64,000 bases of DNA. It comes from Chlorobiota bacterium (GTDB taxonomy: Bacteria > Bacteroidota > Ignavibacteria > OLB7). The notes beneath the pieces are model-generated. The model did no database searches and was not told where the DNA came from. It saw only the letters and a program-made list of their open reading frames with translations. Where the stretch lies: NCBI GenBank assembly GCA_016700335.1, contig CP065014.1:1883788-1947787 (forward strand), written 5' to 3'. Position 1 is the stretch's first letter. The number at the start of each line of letters is the position of its first letter. This document shows positions 1 to 10,433 of this stretch, piece by piece. The position numbers and the translations under genes were made by a program.

Positions 1-1
1 A

Positions 2-607
2 TTAGGCAAACCAGAAGGAAGAAATGCTGGGTATTACAAATTGAATTTAAACACAATGGAGCGAGAGTTGATACTTGAGCATTACTCAAGTTTTGGTCGT
101 AATGAAATAGTTAATGGGTTTGACATAAGCCCAGACGGGAAAAATTTGTTATTTACAGATGTAGGGAGTTATAGACCACCTATAATAGTTAGTTATAATT
201 TGGAGACAAAACGTAAGCAAGCGTTATACCAATTTGATTCACCTAATCGTGCTTTACTTTGGATGCGTTATAATAATGATGGAACAAAGATATTATACTC
301 AAACTATGGTCAGCGAGCTTTTATAGGTGGTCCGTGCGATCCATCAAAACTAGGAGTATTGAATCTTAAATCATTGGAAGATAAAAATATAGTATTTAAA
401 CCAGATAACAGTTCATGGGATAGATGGACAGCCTCGTTTCCAAATTGGTCACCAGATAATAAACATATCGTTTATGGTATGGCAAAAATAGCTGACAAAA
501 GCGGAGCTGTAGGGAGTTATCAATTGTATGTAAGAATTAATATTGATGAGGAAATAAGCAGTGTGTTGAGTAAAAACCCAAAACCAAGAGTAATGAAATT
601 GGAATAA
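2..607 (+). CDS. TolB-like PD40/WD40-like beta-propeller repeat protein, C-terminal part (5' end outside window)
   Basis: The frame is open from the window edge (LGKPEGRNAGYYK precedes the TTG at 41). PD40-like motifs are FDISPDGKNLLF, YNNDGTKILYS and NWSPDNKHIVYG. A hairpin terminator follows. Confidence 0.6.
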   Translation, partial: LGKPEGRNAGYYKLNLNTMERELILEHYSSFGRNEIVNGFDISPDGKNLLFTDVGSYRPPIIVSYNLETKRKQALYQFDSPNRALLWMRYNNDGTKILYSNYGQRAFIGGPCDPSKLGVLNLKSLEDKNIVFKPDNSSWDRWTASFPNWSPDNKHIVYGMAKIADKSGAVGSYQLYVRINIDEEISSVLSKNPKPRVMKLE

Positions 608-637
608 GTAAATTGTTAATAAATACTTAATAAATAT

Positions 638-680
638 AAAAACTTCCTATCAATTGATAAAATTTTTAGGAGGTTTTTTT
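638..680 (+). terminator. Rho-independent terminator after the beta-propeller gene
   Basis: Stem aacttcct / aggaggtt (one G-U pair) followed by a T-run (tttttt), about 35 nt after the stop at 607. Confidence 0.6.
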
Positions 681-907
681 ATGTATCAAAAATTGAGGTT
701 TAATATTATTTTATAATATAAGATTGCTTTTTAAAAATAGAGTTTAACTATGTAAGTTCTTGTTTTGAGTAATTATAAAAGCAATTTCATAATAAATGTA
801 GCTTTCAATTAATGAAAGCAAAGTACCTAGCTAACATTGTATTGATTTTATGCTAACAAACACTGCAATAATTGCTCACATAAAAGTTAATGATGTAATT
901 GCAATTT

Positions 908-1315
908 ATGATTCAGGGGCAGCTTGAGAAAAACAGTAGTAAAATAGTAACAACTGAGATAATAGATCCAATAAAAGGGCATTACATACCTGCTTGTGTA
1001 AATTTATTTCCACTTATAAAAAACGAAAGTAAAAAATTATTATCTTAAACACCAAAACAAATAGCCGATACAGGTTCATGCTTACAATTTACCTATGCTT
1101 CAGAATGGTTTGGAATAAATCAATCTAGCACAAAAGATTGGTTGGAAAAGGGTAAGATTGACACACACTTAGAAGCAAAACCGAATAAAGAGTATATTGT
1201 GTTTCTTGAAGTAAGGGATCTTTGTCATCAAGATTACATTAATTATTATACCCTTTATCCGTGCAGAGATAACAGTCGAATTCTCTATGTAAGTATTTAT
1301 CCAGTAATAAATTGA
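908..1315 (+). pseudogene. Possible stop-interrupted ORF (ATG 908, in-frame TAA 1046-1048, open to TGA 1313-1315)
   Basis: My own translation gives MIQGQLEKNSSKIVTTEIIDPIKGHYIPACVNLFPLIKNESKKLLS*TPKQIADTGSCLQFTYASEWFGINQSSTKDWLEKGKIDTHLEAKPNKEYIVFLEVRDLCHQDYINYYTLYPCRDNSRILYVSIYPVIN. An 88-codon stretch with no stop and no ATG is unusual in DNA this AT-rich. I recognise no family. Confidence 0.25.
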
Positions 1316-1344
1316 AACTGACGTTTTTATAATTTTTAGATTAA

Positions 1345-4320
1345 CTATTTAGTAATTAATAATTTACTCAAATATTTATTGTTATTTGAAACCATCATAA
1401 TTGTATAACTTCCACTTGGTAAATCAGAAAGATCAAAAATAAAAGTATTAATTCCCTTCTTGAATATAATTGAATTAACTAACACTTTAACTTCATTCCC
1501 TGTTAAATCATATAAGGAAACATTTATATTTTCATCATTTACGAGTCCTATATAAACTTTAGCAATTCCACTAGTAACTGGATTGGGGAAAGAAGAAGTA
1601 ATGAAATTTGCTGATGCTTTTACACCAAAACTTAGTTTATTGTTGCACCAATCAGAACCTGCTTGAAGAGATAGTAACATGTTAATATTAAACGGTATTA
1701 CATCTTCATTTCCACATGCATCACCAACAATTAGTGTATCAGTTTGTTGATTTAGAGTAGAACCTTGAATACATATTGGAATTCTTACAAATGAATGGGG
1801 TGAAATTGTAATTGGAATAATAGATGGTGGCAAACTATAAACTATATTATTGTTAAATTTTAGAGAAGAAATAATTTTAGATTTACTTCCATAATTAACA
1901 ATTTCAATACTATCAGAACATCTCCAAGTTAATGAATTTAATGTATCTAATTCAACTCCTTTACCAAATCTCAAGCCAACTGAATCTCTAGATTTTGTAT
2001 CTAAAGTTGCTAAAGTAAAACCACTTAATGTATCAGTTTTTGTAGATGTATTCCCTATTTTATCAGTCGTAATAATAGTTACATAACCATCATGATATTT
2101 ATCTTTCAATCTTATATCAACTTTAATTTCATCTGTAGGAAAATCTGATGAGTTTGGCAATACAACTACTTCACAATTTTTTAGAAGACTAAAATTTACA
2201 CTATTAACACCGGTTCCAATTTTTCTTGACTCCGAAACTTGATATGTTAAATTTGATGGGCAAGGAGGAATCAAAGTTTCAATTTTAGGTGGGAGAGTAT
2301 CAACCAAACTTTGTAAAGGGATATTAGCAATCACTCTTTCATTACACAAATTTTTAATTCTTATTTCAGTATTTATCTCAGCCATTCCTAACCATCCACT
2401 TATACAAATAGAATATTTTACCTTCTCACCTGGTTTTAAAGTTATTGGTAAAATTCCTTTTATCTTAATGTTGTTTTGTAATAACGCATTCTTAAGAGTA
2501 TCTGAAATTAATACTTCTGTAATAGTTTGTGGGAAATTTCCATAATTCTCAATCTCAAAATCCCTACAAGTATCATTTGCAGAATTTATAATAATTAAAG
2601 AATCCAAAACAATAGGTGTATTACCATTCATTCCAATTGTCCGCAAAGTGAAGCCAGGTATTGTTTTAAAAAAACTAATCTCCCTTCCTCCTGAATCAAT
2701 TGCTTTAATACCAATTTTACCATCATTATATTTATCAACTAAAGTTGCTTTAAAATAAACTGTATCAATCCCTTTAGAAAAAGCAGGAATAGTAACTTTT
2801 GTATTTTCTTGTGTTAAAACTATAATTGAGTCAATACCAGTATCAGTAATTTTACTATCAAATGCAATACCATCTAAATCTGAACATCTTAAAGAATCCT
2901 CAATTATAGGGGGATAAATATCACCAACTAATTTCCCAAAAACCATACTACCGCTGTAACCATAAGAATTTGCAGCTCCAAAACCATAAATTCCAATTCC
3001 AAATGAAGAATCACAATTAATTATATGCGAACCTTGTTGAACTTCAATTTGAGCATAAAGATAATTTGTTGTTGATACGGGTTTAAATTGGTTCGCATTT
3101 AACTTTTGTCCATCTAAAGTTAAATTTTTCAAACCATCTTTATGAATTGTTATATTAAAAAAATGACGTCTAAATTCTGGATCTATAATACTTTGAAAAA
3201 CATTGATAGAATCCCATTGCTCTATTGGTTGAATAATCATCATAAAAGGATCACCTAAAGCAGTTCCACCACTAAATGGATTTTTATTACTTTCTGCTGA
3301 ATGCTCATATTGGGCAATCAAAACTGGTAAATCTGAACTTATAAAGGAAGAGGCAGTGTATTCTTTCTCTACTGGAATCCCCTTTTGTAGAGGTGTTTGT
3401 ACAACTCCATTTAACTTCCAATTAGTATTATCAAATGCAGATAATATTCTGAAAATTGGTTTAAAAGGAGATGATGGTGTAATTACAAAATGAGGTGTAA
3501 CTATGTAATTTTTTCCCCATGTTTCTAATGGTGGAATTTGTTCACATAAATGATCACGACTTCTACCATCTAATACTGGTATAGATGCTCTTTTAACACC
3601 AGCAAATACTGCAACAGGTTTATTTCCTAAAATCTCAGTTCCACTAACATCTTGTGCATCTTTGTTAATTTCTGCTTGACCAAAGAAGACTTGTCCTTTA
3701 TTCAAATTTACATTAAATGTAGCTCCTTTTTGATTACCATTAATTTTAGCCAGAGGAGAAGAAGTAATTCTTAAAACAGTATTATCAGCAGTAGCAACAA
3801 CTGCAAATTCAGAAGGCGTATCAAAAGTTCCATTATTCCCTTGAATCAAATATCCATTTGAATAAGATAAAACAATATATCGTGGGGTCAGAACTTTTTC
3901 AGGAATTGCAACAAAAGCATCTGCAGATTTATCTCTAATTGATACACCATAAATAGTAATTTCATCATCAGCTTCAACTATTACACTTTTATTACTTACA
4001 CCAGTATTAGAATTATCTAATTCTAGATTAAATGGAATTTTAATTTCAAGTGGAGTATTTACTTGTTGAATATCATAATTGATTGGGGCAGAAAAATTAT
4101 TATTTAAAATAATTTTCAATTTTGTTAATTTGTCGCAAGACGCATATAACCTTAACTTTGAGCCATTAGTATTGCTTCCTAAATTTTCCATAAAAGCAAT
4201 ATAAAATTGCTTCCCTCGAGTATCTGATCTTACTGTTTGTGCTTGAATTAATTGAGAAGTTATAAAGTAAATTGCAATACAAAAAGTTACAATTTTATTA
4301 TAATTAATATAAATTTTCAT
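1345..4320 (-). CDS. Large secreted T9SS-cargo protein: IgGFc-binding-protein-N-terminal-like domain, Ig-like repeats and T9SS C-terminal sorting domain
   Basis: The ATG at 4320 gives the signal peptide MKIYINYNKIVTFCIAIYFITSQLIQAQ; the ORF-track start at 4392 is an upstream in-frame Met. The N-terminal region GKQFYIAFMENLG...YGYSGSMVFG resembles the IgGFc_binding N-terminal domain. There is an internal repeat (LVDKYNDGKIGIKAIDSGG...GFTLRT vs LKDKYHDGYVTIITTDKIG...GFTLAT). The last ~80 aa (FPNPVTSG...LYDLTGNEV...LPSGSYTIMM...KLLITK) look like a T9SS type-A sorting domain. Confidence 0.8.
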   Translation of the reverse strand: MKIYINYNKIVTFCIAIYFITSQLIQAQTVRSDTRGKQFYIAFMENLGSNTNGSKLRLYASCDKLTKLKIILNNNFSAPINYDIQQVNTPLEIKIPFNLELDNSNTGVSNKSVIVEADDEITIYGVSIRDKSADAFVAIPEKVLTPRYIVLSYSNGYLIQGNNGTFDTPSEFAVVATADNTVLRITSSPLAKINGNQKGATFNVNLNKGQVFFGQAEINKDAQDVSGTEILGNKPVAVFAGVKRASIPVLDGRSRDHLCEQIPPLETWGKNYIVTPHFVITPSSPFKPIFRILSAFDNTNWKLNGVVQTPLQKGIPVEKEYTASSFISSDLPVLIAQYEHSAESNKNPFSGGTALGDPFMMIIQPIEQWDSINVFQSIIDPEFRRHFFNITIHKDGLKNLTLDGQKLNANQFKPVSTTNYLYAQIEVQQGSHIINCDSSFGIGIYGFGAANSYGYSGSMVFGKLVGDIYPPIIEDSLRCSDLDGIAFDSKITDTGIDSIIVLTQENTKVTIPAFSKGIDTVYFKATLVDKYNDGKIGIKAIDSGGREISFFKTIPGFTLRTIGMNGNTPIVLDSLIIINSANDTCRDFEIENYGNFPQTITEVLISDTLKNALLQNNIKIKGILPITLKPGEKVKYSICISGWLGMAEINTEIRIKNLCNERVIANIPLQSLVDTLPPKIETLIPPCPSNLTYQVSESRKIGTGVNSVNFSLLKNCEVVVLPNSSDFPTDEIKVDIRLKDKYHDGYVTIITTDKIGNTSTKTDTLSGFTLATLDTKSRDSVGLRFGKGVELDTLNSLTWRCSDSIEIVNYGSKSKIISSLKFNNNIVYSLPPSIIPITISPHSFVRIPICIQGSTLNQQTDTLIVGDACGNEDVIPFNINMLLSLQAGSDWCNNKLSFGVKASANFITSSFPNPVTSGIAKVYIGLVNDENINVSLYDLTGNEVKVLVNSIIFKKGINTFIFDLSDLPSGSYTIMMVSNNNKYLSKLLITK

Positions 4321-4453
4321 TCGTACATTCTTTTTTATGAAATGGAATTGTAAAATAAATGAAACTTTTAGATTATATAAATTAAAATGCAATATTTATC
4401 TAACAAAAGTTATAAATTATAAAATAAATTTTTTAAAATATATTAAGAACAAA

Positions 4454-5590
4454 TTAAATTTTTTTAACAAGATTTTGAACAATCTCATTCTTCCATTCTA
4501 AAAAATTTCCTGTTAATATTTTCTCTCTTGACGACCTCATTAATTGCAAATAAAAATGAATGTTATGAATTGTTGATAAAGTACAAGCAGTAATTTCATC
4601 AACATTAAATAAATGCCTTATATAAGAAAGTGAATATCCTTTGCAAGTTAAACAATCACAATTGGAATCAATTGGCGATTCGTCATATTTAAATTTTAGA
4701 TTTCTTACATTTAACCTTCCTTTTGAAGTAAACAAGGTTGCATTTCTAGCATTTCTAGTTGGCATTACACAATCAAACATATCAACCCCACGAGAAATGG
4801 CTTCTAGAAGATTTTCTGGAGTACCCACTCCCATCAAGTATCTTGGTCGATTTTCGGGTAGGAAAGGGATTGTAAAGTCAATTACATCATACATCACATT
4901 GGTAGGTTCACCTACAGCTAACCCACCAATAGCAAATCCATCAAATCCAACTTTAACTGTTTCAATTGCACTAAATTCTCGAAGCTGTTTGTTAGTCCCT
5001 CCTTGAATTATGGAAAATAATGCTTGAGTAAATCCATAGGGATAATCTATTTTATTGTGATATTCTTTTGCTCTAATTGCCCATCTTAAAGACCTTTCTG
5101 CAGCCTCTCGATGTTCATTTACAGGTAAATCTGGTGATCTAAATTCATCTAACACCATCATTATATCAGATCCTATAGCTCTCTGAATATCAATTACCTT
5201 TTCGGGAGTTAAATTAATTTTTGCTCCATCAATATGAGATTGGAATTTCACACCATCTTCATTTACTTTGCATAATTCCTTTAACGAAAAAATTTGGAAT
5301 CCTCCAGAGTCAGTAAGAATAGATCTATTCCAATTCATAAATTTATGCAAACCACCTATTTTCAACAAAACATCTAAGCCAGGTCTTGTAAATAAATGAT
5401 AAGTATTTGAAAGAATAATTTCTGAGTTTGACCTTAATAAGTCTTCACTTAATAAAGTTTTAACTGCCCCACGAGTACCAACAGGCATAAATACTGGAGT
5501 ATTGAAAGTTCCATGATCTGTTTCAATAATTCCAGCTCTTGCCTTTGATACAATATCAGTTTGTAATAATTCAAATTTCATATCTTTCAA
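4454..5590 (-). CDS. tgt: tRNA-guanine transglycosylase (queuine tRNA-ribosyltransferase)
   Basis: MKFELLQTD..ARAG..TDHGTFNTPVFMPVGTRGAVK, DSGGFQ, and the Zn motif CDCLTC..YSLSYIRHL. The start could be Met1 or Met4. Confidence 0.95.
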   Translation of the reverse strand: MKDMKFELLQTDIVSKARAGIIETDHGTFNTPVFMPVGTRGAVKTLLSEDLLRSNSEIILSNTYHLFTRPGLDVLLKIGGLHKFMNWNRSILTDSGGFQIFSLKELCKVNEDGVKFQSHIDGAKINLTPEKVIDIQRAIGSDIMMVLDEFRSPDLPVNEHREAAERSLRWAIRAKEYHNKIDYPYGFTQALFSIIQGGTNKQLREFSAIETVKVGFDGFAIGGLAVGEPTNVMYDVIDFTIPFLPENRPRYLMGVGTPENLLEAISRGVDMFDCVMPTRNARNATLFTSKGRLNVRNLKFKYDESPIDSNCDCLTCKGYSLSYIRHLFNVDEITACTLSTIHNIHFYLQLMRSSREKILTGNFLEWKNEIVQNLVKKI

Positions 5591-5731
5591 AAATAGCTAA
5601 CAAAATTTAAAGAAATAACTCCAATAAAATGAAGAAATAGATTTAATACATTTACATTAATTTTAAATATTTATTTCAAGAACAACACTTAATTTAGGCG
5701 TATAATAATATTTTTTTATTTACAATTAATC

Positions 5732-6970
5732 ATGTCCAAACAAGATTTTAAAAAGGTTTTATCTTGGTCATTCTTCGATTTTGCTAACACTGGATTTTAT
5801 GTCATAATGATGACTGTTGTTTATCCTGTTTACTTTAAAAATTCATTAGCAAATGGGAATGAAGCTTATTGGGGAAGGGCTGTATCAATTTCAATGCTGC
5901 TTACTGCTTTACTTGCACCTTTACTTGGTGCAATTGCAGATGCAGGAAATAAAAAGAAATTATTCTTAGCTGCTTTAACAATCTTTACCATTGCTGCCAC
6001 ATTCGGACTTTTTTTTACATGGACATTATGGATTGCAATGGTTTTAATAATTATTGCAAATTTTGGATTTGAAGGTGGAACTGTATTTTATGATGCAATT
6101 TTACCTGATATTTCTGAACCTAAAGATTATGCAAAAGTATCGGGATATGGTTTTGCAATGGGTTACTTAGGTTCATTTATAATACTTGGAATTTCAATGT
6201 ATTTTTTGCAAGGATCACCAACTGATTCAGATATAAGAACGCTAATTGCAATCTCTGGATTTTTCTTTGCTATTTTTTCTTTGCCATTATTTTTTAATAT
6301 AAAAGAGAATAAATCAAGTACTATTTTAAAATCATCAATTGCTAAAGGTTATAAAAGTGTAGTTAATACTATTAAGGAAATTAAAAATTATAAGGAGGTA
6401 AATAAATTTTTAATTGCATTTTTTATTTACAATGATGGTATATTAACTGTTATACTTTTTGCAAGTTTATATGCTGAATCCACTTTAGGATTTAATACAC
6501 AAGAAAGACTAGTTTTATTTATTATAGTTCAAGGTTCAGCATTGATTGGATCTTTATTATTTGGTTCTTTAACGAATAGGTTTGGTGCTAGAAATGTGAT
6601 AATAATCACACTTACAATATGGGTAATTGTGGTTATATCTGCTTTCTTTGTTACTACTAAACCTTTTTTTTATATTATTGGAATTGTTGCAGGTATTGGT
6701 TTAGGGTCATCTCAAAGCACTAGTAGAGCAATGATGGCATTATTAACACCTCAAAACAAAAGAACTGAATTTTTTGGATTTTATGATGGATTTTGTGGAA
6801 AAGCTTCGGCAATTATTGGTCCACTTTTGTTTGGTGAAGCATCAAATTATTTTGGTCAACGAAAAGCAATTTTAATAATAGGGTTATTTTTCCTATTTGG
6901 AATTTTAATGATTTCTAAAGTTAAAGATGTTAGAATTAATGGATCTGATTTAATAGAAATTAAAGAATGA
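5732..6970 (+). CDS. MFS transporter, UMF1/Atg22-like family
   Basis: About 12 predicted TM helices. The N-terminus SWSFFDFANTGFYVIMMTVVYPVYF is typical of UMF1-family MFS proteins. Confidence 0.7.
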   Translation: MSKQDFKKVLSWSFFDFANTGFYVIMMTVVYPVYFKNSLANGNEAYWGRAVSISMLLTALLAPLLGAIADAGNKKKLFLAALTIFTIAATFGLFFTWTLWIAMVLIIIANFGFEGGTVFYDAILPDISEPKDYAKVSGYGFAMGYLGSFIILGISMYFLQGSPTDSDIRTLIAISGFFFAIFSLPLFFNIKENKSSTILKSSIAKGYKSVVNTIKEIKNYKEVNKFLIAFFIYNDGILTVILFASLYAESTLGFNTQERLVLFIIVQGSALIGSLLFGSLTNRFGARNVIIITLTIWVIVVISAFFVTTKPFFYIIGIVAGIGLGSSQSTSRAMMALLTPQNKRTEFFGFYDGFCGKASAIIGPLLFGEASNYFGQRKAILIIGLFFLFGILMISKVKDVRINGSDLIEIKE

Positions 6971-7179
6971 GCTATATAAATTTAAATAATATTTTTTAAA
7001 TTTTGAAACCTAAATATCAGATATTTAAAACATTTAAATTAAGATTTAGAATTTAAATTTTAATGTAAAATTTAGAATCTATTTCATTTAAATTCGTCAT
7101 TATACTATTATTACTTATTCAATAAGGTATCTAATGTATTTAAAATTTAAAATTACCATTTTATTTATACTTTAACAAT

Positions 7180-7698
7180 TTGACTGATAACAAGAATATT
7201 TTAGACCAATTTAAAACAAATAAAGGATTTACAATTTATGAAATGTCATTTGTTAAACCAATAATGGTAGTATTTATAAGGCATACTGGATGTTTGTTTT
7301 GCAAAGAGACACTTTCAGATATTAATAAAAATTGGAAAAAGATATTAAAAAATGGTACTGAAATAGTTATTGTGCATCACTCAGACTCTATTTCTTTTCA
7401 AAATTTAATTGAGAAATACAATATTTCAAAGATACCATATATAGTAGACAAAGATAGAATTTTGTATAAAGCTTTAAATCTTAAAGAAGTTACATTTAAA
7501 AATATGATAAACTTGAAAACTATTGTTGGATCATTTAGAGCAATTTTGAATGGTAATTTTCAGACTAAATCTACTGGAAATGAAAAACAATTAGGAGGTG
7601 TATTTTTAATTTTTAAAGGAGAGTTTGTGAAGAAATTTATTTATAATACACCATCAGATAATGTTAATTATTCAGAGTATTCTGTTTGTAATATTTAG
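7180..7698 (+). CDS. AhpC/TSA-like thioredoxin-fold redox protein (peroxiredoxin-like)
   Basis: Thioredoxin-fold CxxC motif in FIRHTGCLFCKE and a conserved QLGGVFL near the C-terminus. TTG start at 7180; the true start is uncertain. Confidence 0.5.
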   Translation: MTDNKNILDQFKTNKGFTIYEMSFVKPIMVVFIRHTGCLFCKETLSDINKNWKKILKNGTEIVIVHHSDSISFQNLIEKYNISKIPYIVDKDRILYKALNLKEVTFKNMINLKTIVGSFRAILNGNFQTKSTGNEKQLGGVFLIFKGEFVKKFIYNTPSDNVNYSEYSVCNI

Positions 7699-7708
7699 AA
7701 CTTTAGAG

Positions 7709-8452
7709 TTAAGGTACTTCGATTCTTTTATTCATTTTATAAGGTTTGCCATCAATTATTATTTCAACTACATAATCACCCATTAATACTTTAACCCCTT
7801 TATCATTCTTCATATCCCAATCAAAAGAATATGATCCAGTGTTCTGATTTGCATCAACTAAATTCCTTATTAAAATTGATGTATGATCATAAATTTTTAC
7901 TGATACTTTTGATTGTTTATTTATCATGTATTTAATTCTTGGTGTTACATCTTCAATTACTCCTAAAAATCTTCCAATTGACCCCATTGAAATAGATAAT
8001 GTAAATGGATACAAAGTAATAGGACGCTTAGAATCCCATCCGTAAAGAGACCTATAAATATCTTCATTTCTTCTTGAAACATCACGAGGGTCTGCTAAAA
8101 TATCTTTAGGATTAAAAGTCAAATTTCTTTTCATAATAGCAAGAGGCGTATTATTTATGCTGTCTAAAAGCTCGATTAATTCTTCTCTTTCAAAAGTAAA
8201 ATCCAATTTTAATTTATCTTTTTCTAATAATCTTTGAAACAATTTTTGTTGGAATAAACTATCTTGTTGTGGTGTGAAATTATTAATAGTATCACCGGTA
8301 GTAGGAATAATAGAATCGGTTTTATATATTCTAGATGTATCTATTAAATTAATATTTATAGAATTAGTAACTATTGTTTGAGAATATATTGTAATATTAA
8401 AAGACAATAAAAGTAAACTTAAAGTTATTACTTTGATAATGAAATTAGTCAA
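7709..8452 (-). CDS. Secreted hypothetical protein with C-terminal FlgD-Ig-like domain
   Basis: Signal peptide ITLSLLLLSFNITIYSQ. The C-terminus VSVKIYDHTSILIRNLVDANQNTGSYSFDWDMKNDKGVKVLMGDYVVEII resembles FlgD Ig-like / T9SS-like beta-sandwich domains. Confidence 0.55.
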   Translation of the reverse strand: MTNFIIKVITLSLLLLSFNITIYSQTIVTNSININLIDTSRIYKTDSIIPTTGDTINNFTPQQDSLFQQKLFQRLLEKDKLKLDFTFEREELIELLDSINNTPLAIMKRNLTFNPKDILADPRDVSRRNEDIYRSLYGWDSKRPITLYPFTLSISMGSIGRFLGVIEDVTPRIKYMINKQSKVSVKIYDHTSILIRNLVDANQNTGSYSFDWDMKNDKGVKVLMGDYVVEIIIDGKPYKMNKRIEVP

Positions 8453-8532
8453 ACCTTTTAAGTAAAGAATGTGTTGTTTTAAGAAAAATTAACATGCAAA
8501 AATTGAATTACTTACGAAAAAATTTGAAGATA

Positions 8533-10335
8533 TTATTTTACAAAATATCTAAAATTTTCTAGTTTAAATTTCAATTCATTATTTTTTACTAAACCTTCTG
8601 GAAAATATTCACCTTTTGTTGAAATTTCTGATGTTGCGTTTACTTTTATTTTGTTTGGTTTTCCTTCTTTAAAATAAATCTCTATCTTATCTCCAGACAC
8701 TTGTTCAACTCCATTTGGGTTTTCATTATCATACAAATAATAGATGCTACTGGCATATTTGATACAATTCACTTTTCTAATTGTATCACTTTTAATTATA
8801 AAGAATAATGAATCAGCATAAATTTGATCAAACCTATTTTCTAACTTATTCTTCATAACTGTTAGTCCTTTCCCTATAGCATTTATTGAATTGATTTTTT
8901 TGTTAGCTAATCCAATAGAGATAGAGTCAGCACTTATTTGAGAATTTTCATACCAAATAACAGGAATTGATGGTCGAGTATTAGAACAATCTGAGTTAAT
9001 AATTTTCTGCGATATAGAAGAATCTTTGTTCAAAAAATTAGTATCAATTAATTCACCAGTTATAGGTTTGTCTATTAATTTTACTGTATTTTTTGATAAT
9101 ATTATAACACTTTCTTTTACAAAATATTTTCCAATATCGGCAACTGCTTTCATTGAACCTTTTACAATTTTAAAATTTCCATTTCCAATATAGTTTTGGT
9201 TTGTATCATTTTTAAATGATTCAATAGTATCTGCAGTTATAATAGTTGTATCCCCATTTTGTTTACCTGTGGAGCTTTCATTTTTAATTGTTTCAACAAA
9301 TACAATTTTAGGGTTTCCAAATGCTTTTGAATATCCTTCTTTGCTTTTATTTATCATTGTATCACCAGTAATCAATGTATTCTCTTTTTTCAAATACAAT
9401 ACACCATTCCCAGTAATTATTGATTCACCAGTTTTTTTATTGAAATCAATTTTATTTGCATTTATTTTAATGGAATCATTTTCAACTGAAACAATTCCAT
9501 TTAACAAAGCTCTTCCAGTATTTATATCATAATTAATTTCATCAGCATAAGTAATTGTGCCTTTATCATTCATAATTACCTTACCTTTGAAATTTGCTTT
9601 TTTTGTTACATTATCAAATTCTACTTGTTCTGAAATAACGTTCATATTATTATTACTAACTTTTAAATTACCCCTGAAAACTGCTTTATTTGTCAAATTA
9701 TCAATCTCTCCAAAATCGGATGTTAAACTTAACTCTTTGTCAATAAGTACAACATTTCCAGAGAAAAAAGATTTTTTTGTAATAGTATAATAAGTTGCAT
9801 TGTTTGCTGATAAATTAGTAGTACCTTCAGAATAATTAACTCTTCCTTTAAATTCTACTTTTTTATCAATTGATGAATAGTCTGCTTGTGGAGCTTTAAC
9901 AATTGTATTTCCTTGTTTTACTATTACATCATTTAAAAATTTTGCTCTCTTATTATAAGTATTATAAACTCCAGTTTGAGCAGTAATGATAGCATTATCT
10001 TCAGTTAGTGAAATTCCATCAGTACCAGTGGCTAATCTTGTTGATCCATCATAATCTCCATTACCGGCGGTAATAACTAAACCAGGTTGTTCAATTTTTA
10101 CATTTCCATTAAATGTTGCTCTATTTTCTTTTGAAAATAATTTAATTACATCAGATTGAATTTTAACAACACCTTGAATAACAGATACATTTCCAGAAAA
10201 TATTTCTTCACCTGTAATTGCTTTACCAATTAACGAATCTGCATGTAAAAGTTTAATTTTTTGTGATGGTCCAGAAATTTGAGAAAAACATTTAACAATG
10301 CATGAATAAAAAATTATAAAAACAAATAATTTCAA
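8533..10335 (-). CDS. OstA/LptA-like repeat protein (extended OstA_N-type beta-jellyroll)
   Basis: Signal peptide. At least 7 repeats of the OstA-like unit: RATFNGNVKI, KRAKFLNDVIV, KKVEFKGRVNY, KKSFFSGNVVL, NKAVFRGNLKV, KKANFKGKVIM, GRALLNGIVSV. Confidence 0.65.
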   Translation of the reverse strand: MKLFVFIIFYSCIVKCFSQISGPSQKIKLLHADSLIGKAITGEEIFSGNVSVIQGVVKIQSDVIKLFSKENRATFNGNVKIEQPGLVITAGNGDYDGSTRLATGTDGISLTEDNAIITAQTGVYNTYNKRAKFLNDVIVKQGNTIVKAPQADYSSIDKKVEFKGRVNYSEGTTNLSANNATYYTITKKSFFSGNVVLIDKELSLTSDFGEIDNLTNKAVFRGNLKVSNNNMNVISEQVEFDNVTKKANFKGKVIMNDKGTITYADEINYDINTGRALLNGIVSVENDSIKINANKIDFNKKTGESIITGNGVLYLKKENTLITGDTMINKSKEGYSKAFGNPKIVFVETIKNESSTGKQNGDTTIITADTIESFKNDTNQNYIGNGNFKIVKGSMKAVADIGKYFVKESVIILSKNTVKLIDKPITGELIDTNFLNKDSSISQKIINSDCSNTRPSIPVIWYENSQISADSISIGLANKKINSINAIGKGLTVMKNKLENRFDQIYADSLFFIIKSDTIRKVNCIKYASSIYYLYDNENPNGVEQVSGDKIEIYFKEGKPNKIKVNATSEISTKGEYFPEGLVKNNELKFKLENFRYFVK

Positions 10336-10433
10336 AATTGGGAGTAATTTTTATTAAAAAGATATAATGGAAAATAAAATTCTATATTATCAGACTATTA
10401 TTAAAGTAAAAATAACTTAAAATTTGAAACTCT

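Noticed and set aside
4641-5006. 121-aa plus-strand ORF
   Set aside because: It is antisense to the well-supported tgt gene and resembles no family.
7000-7180. AT-rich intergenic region with reiterated 'atttaaa' and 'tttagaat' words, considered as a possible regulatory repeat
   Set aside because: The short words are expected by chance at this base composition. I could define no consistent spacing or dyad symmetry.
9269-9790. Two plus-strand ORFs (87 and 77 aa) inside the OstA-like gene
   Set aside because: They are antisense shadows of a repeat-rich gene, with hydrophobic low-complexity translations.
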